Shown: positions 59,644-64,000 of the stretch, one piece after another | Layout: each line of letters opens with the position of its first letter | Position numbering within the stretch: the stretch's first letter is position 1 | Assembly: GCA_033442325.1 (NCBI GenBank) | Contig: JAWQFM010000033.1 | Location: 285,687-349,686 of the forward strand | Source: Salpingoeca rosetta | Taxonomy: Eukaryota > Protista > Choanoflagellata | Direction: 5' to 3' | DNA length: 64,000 bases | Program-made: the position numbers and the translations under genes | The notes under the pieces: model-generated | Seen by the model: only the letters and a program-made list of their open reading frames with translations | What the model was told of the DNA's origin: nothing | Database searches by the model: none

Positions 59644-61778
59644 TGGTTGACCGGGTGCGAGGGGTGATGGCTGCGGCGCCATCCCAGCTGTCAACTCTCC
59701 AAGCTCCTCGTCCACTGTCATCACCGAGGCGCGGGTGCCTTTCCCGGCTGACTTCTCCCCATCATCCTCAACGACCACAAGTGGATCATCATCATCGTCA
59801 TCATCATTGCCACCGCCACCGCCACCGCCGTTGGTATCATCATCACCTTCATCATCACCGGCGTTCTGAGCTGCGGCCTTTCGCTTCTTCTTCAGCGCGC
59901 GGCTCACCAGCGCCCTTTTCCTCGAGGTCGCCACACCAGTGCCGCCCTCCTCAGCACCAACATTGCTGTCATTGTCATCACCATCGTTGTCATCATCACC
60001 ATCATCATCACCCGAGCACCTGCTTCGGCGGCGTCGTGCGTGCGTGCGCTGTTTCCGCCCCGCCTCTTCCTGTTCTTCTTCCTCTTCCTGCAGTTCCCGG
60101 TGCCGGTACCGTGTGCTGCGTGCACTGCGCGTGCTGTGGGTATTGCGTGTTTGGCGCTTGCGTGTTTGGCGCTTGCGTGTGCCAGTTGTCTCCACATCAA
60201 CCCCAATCTCCGTGGTCGATGCGCCCTCATCCTCGCTGCTGCTGTCACCACCTTCATCTCCATCACCACCAGTCACACTGCCGTGAGCGTTGTCGTCGCT
60301 GTCGCAGGTGCAAGCGCTGCTGTGCGCCCCTTGGCCCTGCCTGTTGCTGCATGTCAATGCAGTGTCCGCTGGGCGTGACGTTGCAGTGATGCGTCGCACG
60401 CGGGAAGGGTGGTGAACAGAGGCAGCACGACCACCACGGGCGTTGCTGCTGCTGCTGCCGCTGCCGCTGTCGCTGCTGCTTCCATCACCGTTAGTATCGC
60501 CTTCGTCAACAATGACGGGAACGGAAGCGCTGTCACCGGTCTCCTCAACATCACCACCGCCACCGCTGCTGTTGATGCTGTTTCCCTTGTGTGTGGCCGG
60601 TGAGGTGGGGGTGGAGGTGGTGCGAACGCGGCGGCAACGGAGACGCTGGGTGTCCCGCACCACGCCATCAAACGACGGTGATCCGGGCTCGTCCTGCTGC
60701 TCAGCATGCACCGCACCACGAACATCCTCACGGTTGCTGTTGCCATTGTCGCCATCACTCGACACCCACACGTCCTCGTCACGGTGCGTGGATGCAGTGA
60801 AGCCACCATCATCCACGCTGGTATTGGCTGTGGTTGCGTTGGTCGAAGCAGTATTGTGATGGCGGGTATTGATGCGCTGCGAGCGAGGGATACCAGAGGA
60901 GTTGGTAGAGGGTCGAGGTGCCAATCCATCCTCCTCCTCCTCCTCCTCTTCATGTTCTTCCGTGACATCATCGCCTTCTTGCATCTCCTTTGGTGCTTCT
61001 TTGGCATGCGCTGCCCTGCGCCGCCTTTCCCCAGCAGCACCATCCTCATCGCCGTCGCCACTGTCAGAGTCAGCATCAACATCCTGGCTCACGTCCACGC
61101 CGTGGCCAACAGTGACTGTGCCTGTGCCTGAGCTTGCCAACGCGTCACCATCCTCCTCATCCTCCTCATCCTCACCACCATCATCACCGGTGGCTGCTGG
61201 TGTTGCAGAGATCTTGGCTCGCTTCCGTGCCTGCCCTGGTTCATCATCACCACTGTCAGCCCCACCACCACTGTCGTTGCCATCGTCGCCGCCAAGGTCA
61301 GGCGACAACTTCATGCTGCCATCACCATGGCGATCACTGTCACCATCATCATCACCGCCATGACTGTCGGCACCATCGCCATTATCATCACGGATGGGGT
61401 GCGCTTCCACAGCAATCGCCTTGCCAGTGTTTGGGTCGACAGTGACTCGCATGTTGCGACCGCCCTTCGCCTTGGAGACGGCCTCACCGGCGTTGGTGGC
61501 GGAGGTACTGCTGCTGCTGCTGCTGTTGTTGTTGTTGTTGTTGCTGCTGTTGTTGTCGTCGGCGTTGGTGGTGTCGTTGCCGTTGGTGGCGTTCGTGGCG
61601 GTGGTGTTGTCTGCTGCGGGTGCCGTGTCGCTCATCTCACCCCCACCGCCATCATCAGCGCGGTCACCATCCCCACGAGCACATTTGTCGTCTTGCTGCG
61701 ATGCTGACGACGATGGGGTCGCCTGCTTCTCCTTTTGCCAAGCCTGTGCAAGCTCCTCGATATCACTGCGCATGCATG

Positions 61779-61859
<81 letters not shown>

Positions 61860-64000
61860 ATGATGCCTGCTGTAACTGTATCGGAAATCANNNNNNNNNN
61901 NNNNNNNNNNNNNNNNNNNNNNNNNNNNNNNNNNNNNNNNNNNNNNNNNNNNNNNNNNNNNNNNNNNNNNNNNNNNNNNNNNNNNNNNNNNNNNNNNNNN
62001 NNNNNNNNNNNNNNNNNNNNNNNNNNNNNNNNNNNNNNNNNNNNNNNNNNNNNNNNNNNNNNNNNNNNNNNNNNNNNNNNNNNNNNNNNNNNNNNNNNNN
62101 NNNNNNNNNNNNNNNNNNNNNNNNNNNNNNNNNNNNNNNNNNNNNNNNNNNNNNNNNNNNNNNNNNNNNNNNNNNNNNNNNNNNNNNNNNNNNNNNNNNN
62201 NNNNNNNNNNNNNNNNNNNNNNNNNNNNNNNNNNNNNNNNNNNNNNNNNNNNNNNNNNNNNNNNNNNNNNNNNNNNNNNNNNNNNNNNNNNNNNNNNNNN
62301 NNNNNNNNNNNNNNNNNNNNNNNNNNNNNNNNNNNNNNNNNNNNNNNNNNNNNNNNNNNNNNNNNNNNNNNNNNNNNNNNNNNNNNNNNNNNNNNNNNNN
62401 NNNNNNNNNNNNNNNNNNNNNNNNNNNNNNNNNNNNNNNNNNNNNNNNNNNNNNNNNNNNNNNNNNNNNNNNNNNNNNNNNNNNNNNNNNNNNNNNNNNN
62501 NNNNNNNNNNNNNNNNNNNNNNNNNNNNNNNNNNNNNNNNNNNNNNNNNNNNNNNNNNNNNNNNNNNNNNNNNNNNNNNNNNNNNNNNNNNNNNNNNNNN
62601 NNNNNNNNNNNNNNNNNNNNNNNNNNNNNNNNNNNNNNNNNNNNNNNNNNNNNNNNNNNNNNNNNNNNNNNNNNNNNNNNNNNNNNNNNNNNNNNNNNNN
62701 NNNNNNNNNNNNNNNNNNNNNNNNNNNNNNNNNNNNNNNNNNNNNNNNNNNNNNNNNNNNNNNNNNNNNNNNNNNNNNNNNNNNNNNNNNNNNNNNNNNN
62801 NNNNNNNNNNNNNNNNNNNNNNNNNNNNNNNNNNNNNNNNNNNNNNNNNNNNNNNNNNNNNNNNNNNNNNNNNNNNNNNNNNNNNNNNNNGTCACCATCC
62901 CCGCCATCACCGCCATCACTGTCTGCTTCAGCATCACCACCGTCGCCATCATTATTGTCACCATCATCAAACAACTTCGACAGAGTGGCGTCCTTGTTTT
63001 CCCTTCGCTCCACCACTTCCTCCCTCCCCGCTTTCCGCTGCTCTTTCCTCTGCTTCCCGCGCTGCTGCTGCCGTTGTCGTTGCTTTTGTCCGTCTTGGGC
63101 AACAGCACCACCATCACCATCACCATCACCATCACCATCACCATCGTCATTGTCATCACCATCACCGTCATCAGCACGCAGCATCAGCTTGTGCTGCTGT
63201 TGCTCCAACCACTTCTTGTTCTGCCGTGTAATTGGTCGACTTGCTTTCCTGTCCACAAGAAGTCGAAAGACGTACGACGGCACGCGGCAAAAACGGGTGA
63301 ATGAGATGTGGTTCGTACGTGCATGTTCATAGCTGAGCGTGGCATCATGTCAATGTACGCGCGTTCGCAAATGAACGCACGCGTGCATGCAGGGGTGCGT
63401 GCGACAGCACGTGTTCATGACTTACAACTCCTCTGCCAGTTGCGTGCGCTGCGCAATTTCGCGGTCGCGGCGCTCTGGAAATACACATACGCACAGACAC
63501 GCACGCACAGACACGCACACACACGCACAGACACGCACACACACACACAGACACACGCACGCACACACACGCGCGCGCATAGACAGACGGCCGTATACAG
63601 CAACACAAAACAGGCAAAGGGTGAGGGATTGCGCATTGGAGAGAGGGAGACACGCTGTGGAGGCTACAGACAGCAGCATGATGCACGTGCACAAGCGAAC
63701 AACACAGCGCTGTGTGCAGAAGAGTTTGAGCACACGCGTAAACGACAACAGCACCTTGCTCCGAAGCAGGCCCGGTGACATCAGCAAACGCATCATCGTC
63801 GCTGTCTGTGGCATCAACCATGTTCATCTCAATGTCATTGTCATTGTCATCGCCATCACCATCACCATCATCATGGTCGTGAATGGTTTTTGTTGGTGCG
63901 CGTTCGCCTGTATTAGCTGCTGCTGTTTCAGCTGCTGTTGCAGCGGTTGGCGGCGGTGTTGCTGTGGCCACTGTTGACTGCAGCTCACCAGTGCATCTGT
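59461..64000 (-). CDS. Partial acidic/low-complexity protein, 5' end outside the window (exons >64000-63755, 63474-63426, 63248-gap, 61765-59461)
   Basis: Phase-consistent joins give SEQERRDREIAQRTQLAEELKASRPITRQNKKWLEQQQHKL. The 770-codon D/G/S-rich ORF carries basic clusters RKRAK and LKKKRK. Interrupted by a 1-kb gap. Confidence 0.65.
61891..62890. other. Assembly gap (1 kb)
   Basis: N run interrupting a coding exon of the last gene. Confidence 1.

Noticed and set aside
61394-63332. Long ORFs spanning X runs
   Set aside because: Artefacts of translating through the N gap.

Overview
Eukaryotic, GC-rich, intron-dense and microsatellite-saturated DNA. The (CA)n/(GT)n-filled introns, poly-Q/N/D exons and mix of animal-type signalling genes point to a choanoflagellate, most likely Salpingoeca rosetta (inference). 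Most ORFs in the track are repeat-derived noise. Manual splicing with reading-frame checks gives about ten genes: (1) a small 5-exon orphan; (2) a ~2358-aa disordered protein with a THAP-like C2CH zinc finger, poly-Q and a C-terminal coiled coil; (3) a ~1546-aa nuclear-type disordered protein with SIM and SUMO motifs and a possible chromo-shadow-like domain; (4) an 11-exon, ~1166-aa type I membrane protein made of stereocilin/otoancorin/mesothelin-like repeats; (5) the C-terminal part of an SLC37A-type sugar-phosphate transporter whose 5' exons I could not find; (6,7) two low-complexity orphans; (8) a 17-exon SIPA1/SIPA1L-type RapGAP-PDZ-coiled-coil protein; (9) a Patched-related sterol-sensing-domain protein with a 1-nt frameshift in its GxxxDD motif; (10) a partial acidic low-complexity gene that may splice in frame into gene 9. 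The top findings are the transmembrane stereocilin/otoancorin-like protein (a candidate collar microvillus link) and complementary repeats at opposite ends of many introns, which may bridge splice sites. There are four assembly gaps. I saw no tRNA, rRNA, CRISPR array or transposase. All domain calls come from reading motifs by eye, not from database searches.
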